A DNA stretch of 64,000 nt from Marsupella aquatica (Eukaryota; Plantae; Marchantiophyta). Shown in pieces: positions 1-12,652 of the stretch. The first letter of the stretch is position 1. Each line of letters begins with the position of its first letter. The position numbers and the translations under genes were made by a program. The stretch is taken from NCBI GenBank assembly GCA_973895155.1, contig OZ316894.1:21024451-21088450 (forward strand), given 5' to 3'. The notes beneath the pieces are model-generated. The model had not been told where the DNA came from, did not search any database, and saw only the letters and a program-made list of their open reading frames with translations.

Positions 1-1246
1 TAATCCAGATGTCTTGCAAAGGATTGATCTGTGGCATTGAGTGTGTCTTGTGATGGATTCATCCGGGCCATCCATAGTGTTTTCCAAGGGTGGGCACTCC
101 AGGGTTTTTATTTTTGCAGGGCTTGGGGGAAATTGAAAACTGGTTTCCCCAACACTAAACTTATACCTAAGTTGGGTGTTTGCACTAAACTCATCCCTGG
201 CTGGGCTTTTCGTGCAATGGATGTATTTGTCAGCTGGTTCATAGTTTTGAATAGGGGGTCTCAAAATAATCTTTTACAATCTATACCACATGTGTATAAA
301 GTATGACTGAATATTTTCCTTCGGTCACCCCCATAAGCGTCTTATACAGACACAACTTTGAGACAATTTGCATGAGGCAATAGATAATAATTTACGGGAC
401 TGTTGCTGCAACGAGAACAAGAGAATAGATGGAGTATCTAAAGGTACATTGCCACCCCCAAATGTAAAATTCAGAAATTAAATAAATTAAATAAAATCAA
501 AAGTTTATATAAATTTTTAAAATGGGTAGTATGAAGAGCGTAGAACATATTGGTCATGATCCTTTGGTCCAGAATTTTCTGAACCAGTAAATTTGTGTCC
601 AGAAATTTTGGAAATTAGTGACTCCAACCCAAAACTAAATTACGACCCCGCAAAGGCCACAGCCCATACGTCGGTTCAGGACCATTCCCGTACCTCCATC
701 AATTCTCTGTCGGCCAGCCCGTGACACCCCCTCCGCCAAAGCAGGAGACGGTGACATGATAACCACACTCTCTGAATTGCAGGTGTAAAGGCAGTATGAC
801 TGGGCCGTATAATGAACAAGGGGAGCGTAAACGGTAAAGTCATCACTGTAAGTCTGTAAATGACATGCCGGTGACAATGCCCGTGAACAAGACGAAAGGT
901 GGCGGTGACATGGTAATCACATTTGGTTCTCATTGTAAAGTATGTCGTTATTGTTACGGTGGACTCTGTATTACGGGGCAGCAACTCGCAACCGGTACAC
1001 TGACAGCGTAAATGGGATGCCGGTGGCCTCTGTACCCGTCCCTCCGCCCCGCAAGCCGGCGAAAGGGCGAAAGGCCGAAGTCCACCCCATTCAAAATACA
1101 AAACGGGGGAGTCAGATGGCACATGTTACCGTTAACGCTCCGGTCCCTTCGATCGACCGACGGAGCTCTCCGTTCTCTTTCTCTCCCCCTCTCGTTTTCT
1201 TTCCGGGCCGAGGATTTCTTTTACTCGACCGAAAGCTTTGCACACG

Positions 1247-1272
1247 GAGAGAGAGAGAGCGAGAGAGAGAGA
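1247..1272. repeat. (GA)n microsatellite upstream of the MS5-like gene
   Basis: gagagagagagagcgagagagagaga read directly. A GAGA-element (BBR/BPC) role is inference only. Confidence 0.8.
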
Positions 1273-2217
1273 ATTGTGTGGAATGAATGATTGCAAGAAT
1301 GATGAGTGTGATCGAGTGAGGTGGGGTGGTGGTGTCTTTGGCAGCAGCAGCAGAGCAGCTCGCAACGATTCTATTGCCTGGCCTGGCCTCCCTCAACGAC
1401 CAAAATCCGCCTCCCAACGGATAGTCGACTCACCCGTCGCTCGGTTCCCCAATTCTCTGATCCGACCACGCTCTCTGTGGCCTCTCCATGCCTCGATCCA
1501 AGCACCTGCCACTGCCTTGAAGAGCAGGTGCCCCAATGCGCCGATCTTTAGATTCACGATCCTCCCTCTTCTTCTCTCTATCTCCATCTCAATATCTCAA
1601 CTAGCAGCAGCTTGACTGACTTGTGACTGACTTGGCGACTTCATCATCTGCTTACTTGTGGTTCTGTTTGGAAGATTGTAGAGCGGATTCTCATCTTGTG
1701 ACTCGAATCCCGAGCTTTCCTGAGATTGCTTCCGTTTATAGTGGCTGAAGAACATTGTAACGGAGGTTAGTTGATGGTTGGTTTTCTTGCTCCGTTATTC
1801 TGGTCTCCATTGCGGTTTCCTTCACGGCATTTCGTCGGTCTTCTTCATATGCAGACCTTGCTGCTATCTCTTGAGCGAAGTAATTATGGGAAACCGAGCG
1901 GACGGGCCCGCATTTTGCACAGTAATCTTTCCTGTTAGTAGTGAGCTCGGATACTTGTAGGCCAGAGGGAGAGGGGGAACGCAGTAAGATTTATTGCGTC
2001 TGCGGAGAGTGGTGGATGGTGTATACTGCGGACGAGAGTTACGAAGGATTTGGAGCTCAATAGCGTCTTCTTGGGAAGGTTACGGAGAGTATTTTGCACT
2101 TCACACCTGTGGCGCAATTTTTTTCGGTACTCTCGATTCGGTTTCGTCGGAGTGAACAAAGCCAATTCTGGGGGGATTGCTGAGAATACAAAGAATTCCC
2201 AGAACGGGAGGGACAAG

Positions 2218-5200
2218 ATGTGGGGTGGGGAGAGCTTTCTGCGTGCGCCGGGAGGAGGGCACCTTGGATCGAAGTCTGCACCGTGTTCACCCGTGAAGCC
2301 TTTCCTGAAGCGGGCTCCTGCGCAACCGGATTCGTTCCATGTGATTCACAAGGTGCCGTTGGGCGACTCACCGTATGTGAAGGCCAAGCATGTGCAGGTA
2401 CTCATTTACTTTTCTCCCAGTCGTAGAGGACAGTTTGTTGTGGTAGCATTGTCACGTACTTCTGCCCATCCTAAACACTCGGGGAATCTTCAAAGAAGTA
2501 AATTTTAAATCTATCTCGTGGGAACCTGAATTCGTGTAGGTTGAGAATAGTAATTAATCACCGAATGCACCAGTTACAGTCTGTTCGTTCGGAACATATT
2601 TTTGATAGTAATTTAGACAAATCTGTTCTACACTAGTCCATATATAAATCGTCCCTTCAACTCGAGGTTCGTACTCACATACGCACGTTTGCCTAAAACA
2701 TTTGCTTTAAAATGCTTGCCATTTCTTAGGTTTTTCTGTGGACAGATAATGATGAATCTACTACGTCAAATAATTTTCCAGGGATAATTCTGACAGGATG
2801 CCTTAACTCAAGCAGCTTTAGCACTCGTTAGAGCACTCAGGAGCGCTGACTTTCATCTGGTCATGTTGTCTTACAGCTAGTGGATAAGGATCCAGATGCA
2901 GCTATAGCTCTGTTTTGGGCTGCTATCAACGCAGGCGATAGAGTAGACAGCGCGTTAAAGGACATGGCCATAGTCATGAAACAGCAAAACCGGCCCGAGG
3001 AGGCTATTGAAGCTATAAAGTCACTGCGGTTTCGCTGCTCCGATGCTGCTCAAGAGTCTCTTGACAACGTTCTGCTCGATTTATACAAGGTATGGATGAG
3101 GAATTTGCCTCGCATAATTGAAAGGCATAGCTGTCTAGACCGTAGAATTTCATCAAAATATGAGATGAATTCCACTTGGTGGGGAGAGGGATTGACGTGG
3201 TCTCGCTCGGTTCTGTAGAGATGCGGAAGACTGGATGATCAAATTTCGCTGCTCAAGCACAAGCTCCATCTCATCCACCAGGGCATGGCCTTCAATGGGA
3301 AGCGTACCAAGACTGCACGCTCTCAGGGGAAAAAATTCCAAGTCTCAATCGAACAGGAGGCCACACGCTTGCTCGTAAGATTCCCAGCCAACCGCTTTCT
3401 TCTGCCTGGCTAGTTCGAATGTCAATGAATTTATGCACTTGTAGGCTGAAGCTCATCGTGATGTCAATTCTCCATTAGGAAAATTGATATGGAGTTGGAA
3501 TTGCAATTGATAGTGGTTAAACTTAAATAACGGTAGTGCCCGTGAATTAACATACAGCAAAATAATGTATCTAAAATAATTCAGTTTCAATTTCTAGGAG
3601 GTTGCTGACGTAATCTGTTGATGTATGCAGGGAAACCTAGGATGGGCCTATATGCAACAGAGCAATTTCCTAGCAGCAGAGGCTGTGTATCGGAAGGCGC
3701 TTTCAATTGGTCCTGACAATAACAAAGTTTGCAACCTCGGAATATGCCTCATGAAGCAAGGCAGACTGGAGGAAGCCAAGACTATGCTTCAGAGCGTGGT
3801 ACCAGCCTGTCCGGACACACGCTGGGGCTCTGATTCGCATCTCAAGTCCTACGAGCGTGCCCAGGAAATGCTGGTAGAGCTGGAAGCCTCGATGGTTCGC
3901 TCTAGTTCCGTGCCTAGTGCTTCGAGCAATCTCTTTCAATCCGCCCTTTGGCAGCCCCAGCAATCATCTGCTGTTACCCATCACAGCCAGAGGCCAGGAG
4001 CAGCAGATGTCAAGGCCGATGATCTGCTTGCTGATTTTGCCTTGCCATTCTCTGGAGCTCTGTCAGCGACTGCCGGATTTGGCCCCACTGCACCACCACC
4101 CTCCAACAGACCAGTTCAAAAGAAAATGGCTACACTCGTCGGTCAACAGCCGCAGCAATCACTGCATCAACGAACGCATTCGCATGATCTGGAAGGTAAT
4201 CACAACCAATTTATGGGCTATCAGAGCTCCAGCTTCAACACTGCAGGCTGGGATGACCATGAGCCCGGTTACACCTCACCTGATGAAAACGTGGACACGA
4301 ACCTCCAGGGAGCTGGCCACAACGAGAACCAGGGGCTTGCCGGGTCGTCCCATTTTCAGCAGCAGATGCACTGGCCTGGTGAAACATTACGGAACAAGCA
4401 GGAATCGTTCTCTGCAGCTCTGTTGGGATCCAACAACGAGAAACAGCCACTTGCTGACAGAAAGTTGGAGCGGAGCCTCACATTCGGTGGAACTCTCCTG
4501 AGGAGCAGCAATGCTTACAACACCGACGTGGGCAGCTACGCGTACCCGCAGACGCAGAGGGAGACCCACCACCAGCGGAGTGCCAGTTTTGCCAGTGAGA
4601 ACTTCTCTGGAAAAATTGCTGGATCCCCAGTGAAGGTCACTAGCATGAGAGACAGACTTGACATGGCTCCGTTAACTCAGGAGCGGCCCACTTCAGTGAA
4701 GATGTACAAAGAATCCGACGCTGAGAACGTGCCTTTCAAACAGATCACTAGTGGATGGGGCAAGACGGCCGGGGCTCCTTTGAAGAGCCCGCTCGGGAAC
4801 TCAGAGCTGAGCTTCTTCTCCAGATGGGGCTACAACGACAACAACAGCAATCGTCCAGCTGTGAGACGGTCACTCTCTCTGGAATCTTTCGACACTCAAC
4901 TGGAGCAAATCGCCCTGGAGAACGAAGAGGCTGGTGAAGTGGCCCTCCCCTTGCAGCCAAAGCGCCCCCGGAACCAGAATCCTGTCAAGGAAAGCAGCAA
5001 CATGTGGAATTCATTGGGATTCACCCTTTCTCCAAGCGAGCTCGGACAGTATCCCAACACCGACGATATGAAGCATTTACACAACATGGTTAGCTATGTT
5101 GTGTCCGAGAATTCAGCCCCACAAGCTCAGTCAGAACATGTACATAGTCAAGCTCTGACTGAGAGACACCAGCAGTCAGCTGGAGAGTCGGAGGCAGCTG

Positions 5201-5304
5201 CTTCTGCGTTAGTTGGTGATGCTGAGACTATCAAGCGTCAGCGCAGGCTCCGGGTGTTCCAGGAAATCACACTCTTCCCAGGAAGTCCCCAGCATGTTGC
5301 CTGA
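2218..5304 (+). CDS. MS5: MS5/TDM1/POLLENLESS3/SDI1-family TPR protein, ~740 aa; exons 2218-2397, 2877-3089, 3219-3374, 3631-5304
   Basis: GT-AG introns, all phase 0, join into one ORF. Family motifs: FHVIHKVPxGDSPYVKAKHVQL, DKDPDAAIALFWAAINAGDRVDSALKDMA, QESLDNVLLDLYK, KTARSQGKKFQVSIEQE, GNLGWAYMQQ, DNNKVCNLGICL and C-terminal RRLRVFQEIT. Confidence 0.92.
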
Positions 5305-5991
5305 ATGAATGATCCAACAAAATTTTGAGGGACTTCTCTAAGAATCATTTTTTGTGATGAAAACTTCGACAGTAAGGAAAATTTAGATATGGTTGGCTAG
5401 CTGGTTAGTCACAGATATAGAGAGTAGCACTAACTCTAGCAGTGGAGGCTTGAAAAGATGTCTCCGTAGAATCTAACATGCTAGATCTAGCTGGGCGCTA
5501 GATCTCTAAATTAGACTCTCTTGAGCCCTCCATTCTGGGCTCACGTTAGGACATTCAGGAAAGAAATGTACAGTCGCAGCAATCGTCACCAAGTAGTAAG
5601 ACAACGGAGTCTCTATCATTGCTGGCGATTGCAAGCTTCTGTTGGCCATCGAGGCGACCTTCTCGGTCGTGGGCCACTCAAGGCAGGTAAAATTCCGAAC
5701 GAGAAGTGAAGGGATCGATCAATTAGTTAGACAGACCTTACCGTAGTTAGGGCGGCGTTTTGAGACTCTATTAGATTAGAGTTGTAAACATTGCGAACGG
5801 CGGCTGGCTGTTGCTCTGTCCGTTTTTGGAAACTCTAGAGGGATTATTAGGAGTAGACCCATGGCCGGTGCCACCAACCGGAATTGATTTATGGCTTCTA
5901 TAAATTGTTGTTTCTGAAATCGGATAAATCCAAAACTGTTCTCTTCGAAATCGATTTCAGTTCCTCTTCCTGACCAAGACGTCAATTGGGC

Positions 5992-6171
5992 AGGGTTGCA
6001 TATCTCTCGCTCCTGATTCAACCGGATGACTGCAGTGCGAGGCTCTGGATTGTATCGACGTTCTCCGGCTTCATTCGAGTAAGGGTTGCATATCTCTCGC
6101 TCCTGATTCAACCGGATGACTGCAGTGCGAGGCTCTGGATTGTATCGACGTTCTCCGGCTTCATTCGAGTA
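5992..6171. repeat. Exact 90-bp tandem duplication (5992-6081, 6082-6171) with a degenerate partial copy near 6238-6292
   Basis: agggttgcatatctctcgctcctgattcaaccggatgac...ggcttcattcgagta occurs twice in succession. Confidence 0.9.
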
Positions 6172-6748
6172 AAATTAATGTATCGCTTTTTTCCTAAAAC
6201 TCTCTATCATGAAGGAGCCATTGGGGAGTCCATGATACTGATTCAACCGGACGTTCTCGGCTTCATTCGAGACCGAATGTATGTATCGACGTTTCCTTAA
6301 CTTGCTACCATGAATCGCACGCTCGGCAAATGTATGTATCGGCGCTTCCTTAACTCGCAAGCTCGACATGACCGTATCTAGAATCCATCCACGCGATTAT
6401 GACCCTTCTCCTGAGGTATGCAACCTCTCGAAGTGTACCACAGTAACAACAAACATATGAAGTTAAAAATGCAATTGGAAGGTTGGAATGGAAAAGGAGT
6501 CACCGACTTTGATTGTTTGCACTGCCACTGCACCAACCTCTGGCGACTTCTACCGCTCAAGCAGTAGAGCGGGCGAGCGAGTACTAAAAGCTCAAGGCAT
6601 CCACGCAGCTTTGAATCATCCAGACCACCCAGAGTCAATCCATGTTCGATATGGTAGGTTACGGCGGATTGTACGGCAATCATGGAAATGATTAGGAGAC
6701 CCTGTGATTGTAGATTTAGTGTTTGGGGAACTCTCAAACTAACGCTCT

Positions 6749-6842
6749 GTCCCTACTGTAAGAAAGTTCACCGGTCTGCAGGCAATTGATTGACACTCAG
6801 TCCCTACTGTAAGAAAGTTCAGTGGTCTGCAAGCAATTGATT
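6749..6842. repeat. Two-copy ~51-bp tandem repeat
   Basis: gtccctactgtaagaaagttca..ggtctgca.gcaattgatt at 6749 and 6800. Confidence 0.8.
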
Positions 6843-9214
6843 AACCCGTTAGAATAGGGGCTAGATCTACCTTCTTTTTCTCCACCTGGTGTCTTGATAA
6901 ATTGTCAGGTCCTTGCCCCCAACCCGATGGCCCGAGGCAGTGATTGTCACGTTGGATCCTACAGTCAGCGGTCACTTATAGTGAATGAATCTTGAAATGA
7001 TCTACACTAGTTGACTTGCTTTGTAGCGATGGGGCTTACAGTAGCTATCGAACTCTCACTCGTTTTGGATGCTAGAGTGGGGCTTCGCTGGGTCCACATT
7101 TGTAAGTTCAACGTGGTTTTGCACATCGGCGGTGGCCATCAGACCTGTGACACCCATCATTCTTTCCCTCCTTCACCTAGTCGCCAGGGAACCCAACCTA
7201 ATCTAAGAAGCGAATCATTTCTGTATATTACATACGCTTGGAAATCTTTGAATTACGATCTCGGGAATCTTTGGATTATGAACTCGGGAATATATTATAT
7301 CCACTTGGATGGAAATCTTTGAATTACGATCTCTAAACCTAAGCACAAGATTAAGATGAAAGGGACGCTTAATCCCTATAAGATCTAAAGCTGACACTTT
7401 TCCCAAGATATTATAGCAACATTCGTGTGCTCAGAAAACTAACGTGAGGTTAAACGACATTGAAGTGCCAGATACTTTCAAGGCTTCTCGTCAATTTCCA
7501 ATCGGTCTGGATTGTTAGGGTAGGTACGTTTCCAGGATGCCCCCAATGCAAAGTACCGCGAACCCTCGGGAATCAGTATTATATCCAGTGAATGGAAATC
7601 AAGACCATTACATCGTCAAGATGGTCCGGATTGAATCCTAATTTACTATTCACTGCTAGTGGAATTCAACTGCAAGACGTTTAAATCAAAAGGATTGTCC
7701 GGTCGCTCAAATGCCGAGAAGGTACGAAACCCACTTAGCTATGATGAGAACAACCATGTACTATCGTCATCATCCGACACAGAACGAGACATTTGGTATT
7801 CGTCAAGTCTGTTTTAAGGATGACCTAGATTATTACATCGCTATGACCATTCTCGATTCCGAGAGGCATCTACGACTCTCCTACTCAGCAGTCGAGAAGG
7901 AAGGCTCAGAGTTGGCGGTTTGTTAAGTTCGATTCGTGCCTACTGCTTTCTTCAAGGTGCTCAGTAGAGGGAGCTTTTTATCATCATAGCCTTCACTTCT
8001 CTTCGACGAAAATACAGAAAACAGATCTTTCTTCGAGACCTAAAATGTGTCAGAAATGCAATGTTCTCTGCATGTCTAAAAATCAGAGGGAATCCGATTG
8101 ATTGCAATCATCACCCACAGACCTAACGACAGTGTTAAGACTGAAACCCTATCCGGAAAACTTTATGAGCCTCAGATATCCAAGGAAGTTAAAACTGCAT
8201 CAGTTCTCAAGCCTGGCAGGCGAAAACTCTCGGGCGGCCACTGCGAATGTTTGAGAAACAAGCCTAAATTTTATCATCATCGGCAAGGCGAAGTTCCGGA
8301 AACAAACTCTAATAAAATAGTCTGTGCCTGCAACGACAGCGACGCTTCGTCGAACGGATCATGACAGCCTCGTTTCTGTTGCTTTAAGTTCACTGAGGCG
8401 TTTAAGTTGCCCGAAAAGAAAGCCATCCAGGGAGAAAGACCCGCAAGACCTTGCACAAACACGTACCACGCTTGAGAAGCGCAAGCTAAAGATTGACCCA
8501 CACAAAACGTTCTCACAAGCATTAAAACAAGCGGCGGATAAGATGTCGACTGAAAACCGGGCTTCTGCGAGACTAAGATCCATCTCGCGGGAGCGCAACA
8601 GGACCATCAGCAGGTGGGAAGGACGTTGACGTACAAAGGAATCAAGTAAACAGACAAGACCCAACAGACAGAAAACACAGGCCAAAACTCGAGGCACGGA
8701 ACGAAGCTGCAGGAGCGAAATCTGGTCAGACAGCCTCCCACAGGAACCAGCTCTACCATATCAAACCACGAAACCATCTCGAACACCGTGGAAAGACCCT
8801 CAATGAAGCTCGAGGCAGAAAGACAGACAAATAGACAGGATCCGGCAGAACTGGGACATGGGTCTTGCAGAAACGGAGCCAACGGTCAGACTCGCATCAG
8901 AACTCCAGAAAATCGACCCGACTTGATCATGGTGTGAAGAAATGGCTAACACGAACTCAGCTGAAACTCGAACATCTTCCAAAACAAATAACTCCGATTC
9001 TGCTGAAGAAGAATGACGGCTATATACTGAACCGATCGCCGTCGCAAACCCTAATTTGAGCTGCGGCTCGAAACTCGGAAAGTGGAACAAACTGGCAGTA
9101 TCTGGGCACAACCATTTCCTAAAAGATGCTATCCAGGTAAAGTACTTGGACTAGGTCAGCACCGACGTTTGAGGCGCTCCTGTTCAGGTTCGTAGCTTTG
9201 ATCAGGAGTACTAT

Positions 9215-9428
9215 GTGGGTGAAATCCAGCTCTTGCTCCCATTATTCTATTTTATTTTATTTTGCTCCCACAGTAGGGTCACCATAGGGTAATTTGTTTT
9301 TCAGGGGGTCTCAAATATAGACCCACTTCGCTTCAGCAGTAGTACGTGGGTGAGTTCCAGCTCTTGCTCCCACAATAGGGTCACCATAGGGTAATTTGTT
9401 TTCTAGGAGGTCTCAAATATAGACCCAC
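9215..9428. repeat. Two-copy imperfect direct repeat directly left of the Harbinger-like element
   Basis: gtgggtga..tccagctcttgctccca...agggtcaccatagggtaatttgtttt...ggtctcaaatatagacccac at ~9215 and ~9346. Confidence 0.8.
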
Positions 9429-9554
9429 CATTTGGCTCTTCAGCGGGATATGGCCAGTGCCTGTGAAGTGGCCTGAAGATGAGTTCTACTAGGGTGTCTC
9501 AAATACGCGTTTTTGCATCTTTTCACCGCGCCCGGGACAGTCGCGGGTTGGACA

Positions 9555-9608
9555 TCCGGTCATGACTGGTCGGGCACCGCAGGCCTCGCCCGACCAGTCA
9601 TGACCGGA
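9555..9608. repeat. Perfect 21-bp inverted repeat with 12-nt loop in the left subterminal region
   Basis: tccggtcatgactggtcgggc (9555-9575) and gcccgaccagtcatgaccgga (9588-9608). Confidence 0.95.
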
Positions 9609-10242
9609 AATTTGCCCCCGCGGGCGTCCGACCGCGCTTAACCTGACTCAGGGGTTTAGGGTTCACCTAGGGGTCACATTACCGCGCGATTCAATTTACA
9701 AAAAACAGGGCACAGGTCCTTCGACACGAGCAGGGAGTTCAGCTGCCATAGCAAGGTGCGCATACCAGGTCCATGGCGCTCGTGGATGCTTGACGAGAGG
9801 GTTTGTGCTTTGCGTTTTTCACATCGTTCAGTCAGGTACTCCTTCGCCACTCGATTAAATATGTCTCCATGTTTTGGTTGTCGCTACTGATTGAAGGTTG
9901 TCCATTGGTTTTTCAGCGTTCCAGGCCATGGGCAACTTCACTCCCCTCTCAGATGTGGAGGACGCTAGAGTCGCTGGGAAAATGGAGTCCTTCCCATCGT
10001 GTGTAGTCTGGGCAGCAAACTATGTGGCGAGAAATCCATTCCCACGGAAGTTCACTTATTCAGCATGTACAGAGCCCTTGGAGCCTGGCCTTACTTGTAA
10101 GAAATCCTTGGAGTTTGGTAGAAAATGTGGACATTGTGCCCCTGGCGTGCCCAGGTTCTGATTTCAGGTCATTCTCTTTGATGTTGTCAATGGTGGCTGC
10201 CCTCTACTCAAAGCTCTCATCTGGGACCAGGCGTCTGTGCTA

Positions 10243-10579
10243 TGTTAGATATTGCTCTAGTCTTGTGACTCATGAGCTAACCACAGTTAGCCTAACTCAG
10301 GTTAGGACTTAGCTAATGTTAGCGGTAGTGTTGTTGTGCATATAGCCAGGGCTGATGCCAGACCCTGGTGGAACTTAGGCTACGGAGCTAGTTGAGAGAT
10401 AGGGAGAGCTTGCGCTGTGGATGCTTGGTATGGCCGGTCGGCCTAGAGTGCAGTAAAGCTCTTGTGTGTTCCCGTGGACGTAGCCTCAAGTGGAGGTGAA
10501 CCACATATCTCTCTCTGTCGACTCTTGTGCGTTGGATGGTTCATGGGCTTGCCGTTGCGAATGTCGTCTATGCTTAACA
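10243..10579 (+). mobile_element. Solo LTR related to the downstream copia element
   Basis: TG...CA ends. The 3' ~200 bp (tacggagc.agttgagagatagggagagc...gtcgtctatgct.aaca) is nearly identical to the LTRs at 13448 and 19693. Flanks tgcta / tgttg look like a degenerate 5-bp TSD. Confidence 0.85.
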
Positions 10580-11122
10580 TGTTGCTGAATATTCACCCAA
10601 CGGCATTCAGTCTTTTAGATGAAGCTCAGCAAATAGTCCATGTCCAGGCAATTCTGCAAAAATCACCTAAATTGCGTGTGAGCCTATCAGTAAAGGACAT
10701 GGAGCTGCACATTGACCACCTTGACTTGGCCTTTGAAGGATCGTCTAGCAGCCCCGGTGTCTTTGTAGGTAAAAGCGTGGGATATTCACCTAGCCAGGGT
10801 ACACCACAACAGTCTCAAATCCGGGAATGCACGCCCACAAAGCAGAAGAGTGCTAAAAAAATCCTTGCTGATTTGATAGAAGCTCTCAGAGACACTGACC
10901 TACAGGAGTAGATCAGTAGCATATCCATAATATGTATTGACAGACAACGTTGACTTTTTAACTCCCTCGTTTAATGCATACCTCTATCCGGATATTGGAT
11001 TATTCCATTTATTGTTTGTACAATATCATGTCACTTGTATTCACTTTTGTTTATTACATCACTCTGAATGTTGTTGTGCCCCATCGCCGTTGTACCTTTT
11101 CCAGAACAGTACATCTATCACT

Positions 11123-12652
11123 ATGCCTCGTGTTTCACATCGCCAAACTCAATTGAGGGCATTCAGGCATGCACTCCAACTTGCTATTGCTTTGGAGTCC
11201 TCAGTCTCTTCATCTAAGGCAGACTCTCTTGACTTATCAGTGGGGTACTTGGAAGAAAAGGACCAAGGCAATGTCGACCTTTTATCAGGGTCAGAGTCTG
11301 ACCTCATTATGGAGTCCGATTCTTTTGACTCAGACAATGAAGATGGCACTGACGTACATAGTCCTACTTCCATGTTTGAGCTCTATTTTGTGTTATACAA
11401 CACCAGATTTTTGGTCCCCAGGCATGTCACCACTAAGTCAGATAATTTTGTATCTCAATTCTTCCACAATTTGCCCAGTACATTGTTCAGGCAACTTACC
11501 ATAATGGACAAGAGCACCTTTTTTGGCCTGGTTGACAAAATTGAATGCCACCCCATCTTTGAGAACCACTCTAACCATGCCCAGGCGCCCATCATTAGGC
11601 AGTTAACAGTATGTCTAGATAGGTTGGGCCATGATGGCAATGGTGCTTGCATCAATCATTTGATTCCAACCTAGGGAGTTAGTTGTGGCTCTCTTGTGAA
11701 TTTTAGCAAGCGGTGCTTTGTGGCTCTAGAGGCAGTGCTTTCAAACCAAATTGCCTGGCCAGACAGCACTCAAAGAGAAGAAAATTCAGAGGCATTTGCA
11801 GCTCTGGGCTTCCCAGGCTGTGTGGGGCTAATTGATGGTTCCCTCATGCCTCTCACTCAACGTCCAAAGGCACATGGAGAATGTTATTATGATAGGAAGA
11901 GCCGGTACTCCATCAACACCCAGGTTGTATGTGACCACAGGTGGAAAATAATATTCATGTTCTCAGGTACCCTAATGCTTCTTTGTCTCTGCATACACCA
12001 TTTGTTTCATGCTTGCAATTTACTTTACAATCCAATGCCATTACTTATAAGGGACCATTTTCCCATGTCAAATGTTTCAGGAATGCTAGGGTCATGTGGT
12101 GACCTCACCTGCTTAAGGAGATCTCCCTTGTGGGAATATTGTAACCAGGTGGGCAGGAATCCAGTGTTCCAAGAGGGGCAATATCTACTGGGCGACTCTG
12201 GGTACCAGGCCTGTCCCCATTTAGTGTGTTCCTTCAAACGGATTGACACTTCCATTAACAAAGAGGATTTCAATACCTGTGTTGCCAAGTGTTGTGCACA
12301 TGACAAATGAACACTGCATTGGAGTTCTCAAATCTTGTTGGCATTCACTGAAAGAGATCAGGGTGCAGCTCAATAACAAAAATACTTTGTTTGGATGGTG
12401 AGATGGATAAGCCTCTGTTGTAAATTGCATAACTATGTCATAAGTAATAACGATGAGTGGACAGAGGATGACCAAGTGGACGACCAGGAGGAAGTAGTGG
12501 ATGCAACAGAGCACCCTGAGTATGAAGGACAGCCTAGGGCTAGCAGGCGAGCAACGTCCCAGGCTGGGAATGTCTTGCTAGTGCAAGTCATGGACTATGC
12601 ATTGGCTTTTCATAGAGTCCCTGGGGGGTTTTTGGCAGTTGCACCCGAGTGA
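11123..12652 (+). pseudogene. Harbinger/HARBI1-type DDE transposase, disrupted
   Basis: Motifs FRQLTIMDKSTF, QLTVCLDRLGHDGNGA, GFPGCVGLIDGS (D1), YYDRKSRYSINTQVVCD, YLLGDSGY (D2), NEHCIGVLK (E, after a frameshift near 12300) and CCKLHNY. In-frame TAG at 11672-11674; probable intron 11967-12080. Confidence 0.88.

Noticed and set aside
620-1140. GC-richer block with recurring gtgaca/gtaaa words and overlapping ORFs
   Set aside because: No definable repeat unit, termini or protein motif; could be promoter DNA or an old TE remnant.
2050-2217. N-terminal extension of the MS5-like gene in the ORF track
   Set aside because: It starts at TTG; the first in-frame ATG is 2218 and family similarity begins after it.
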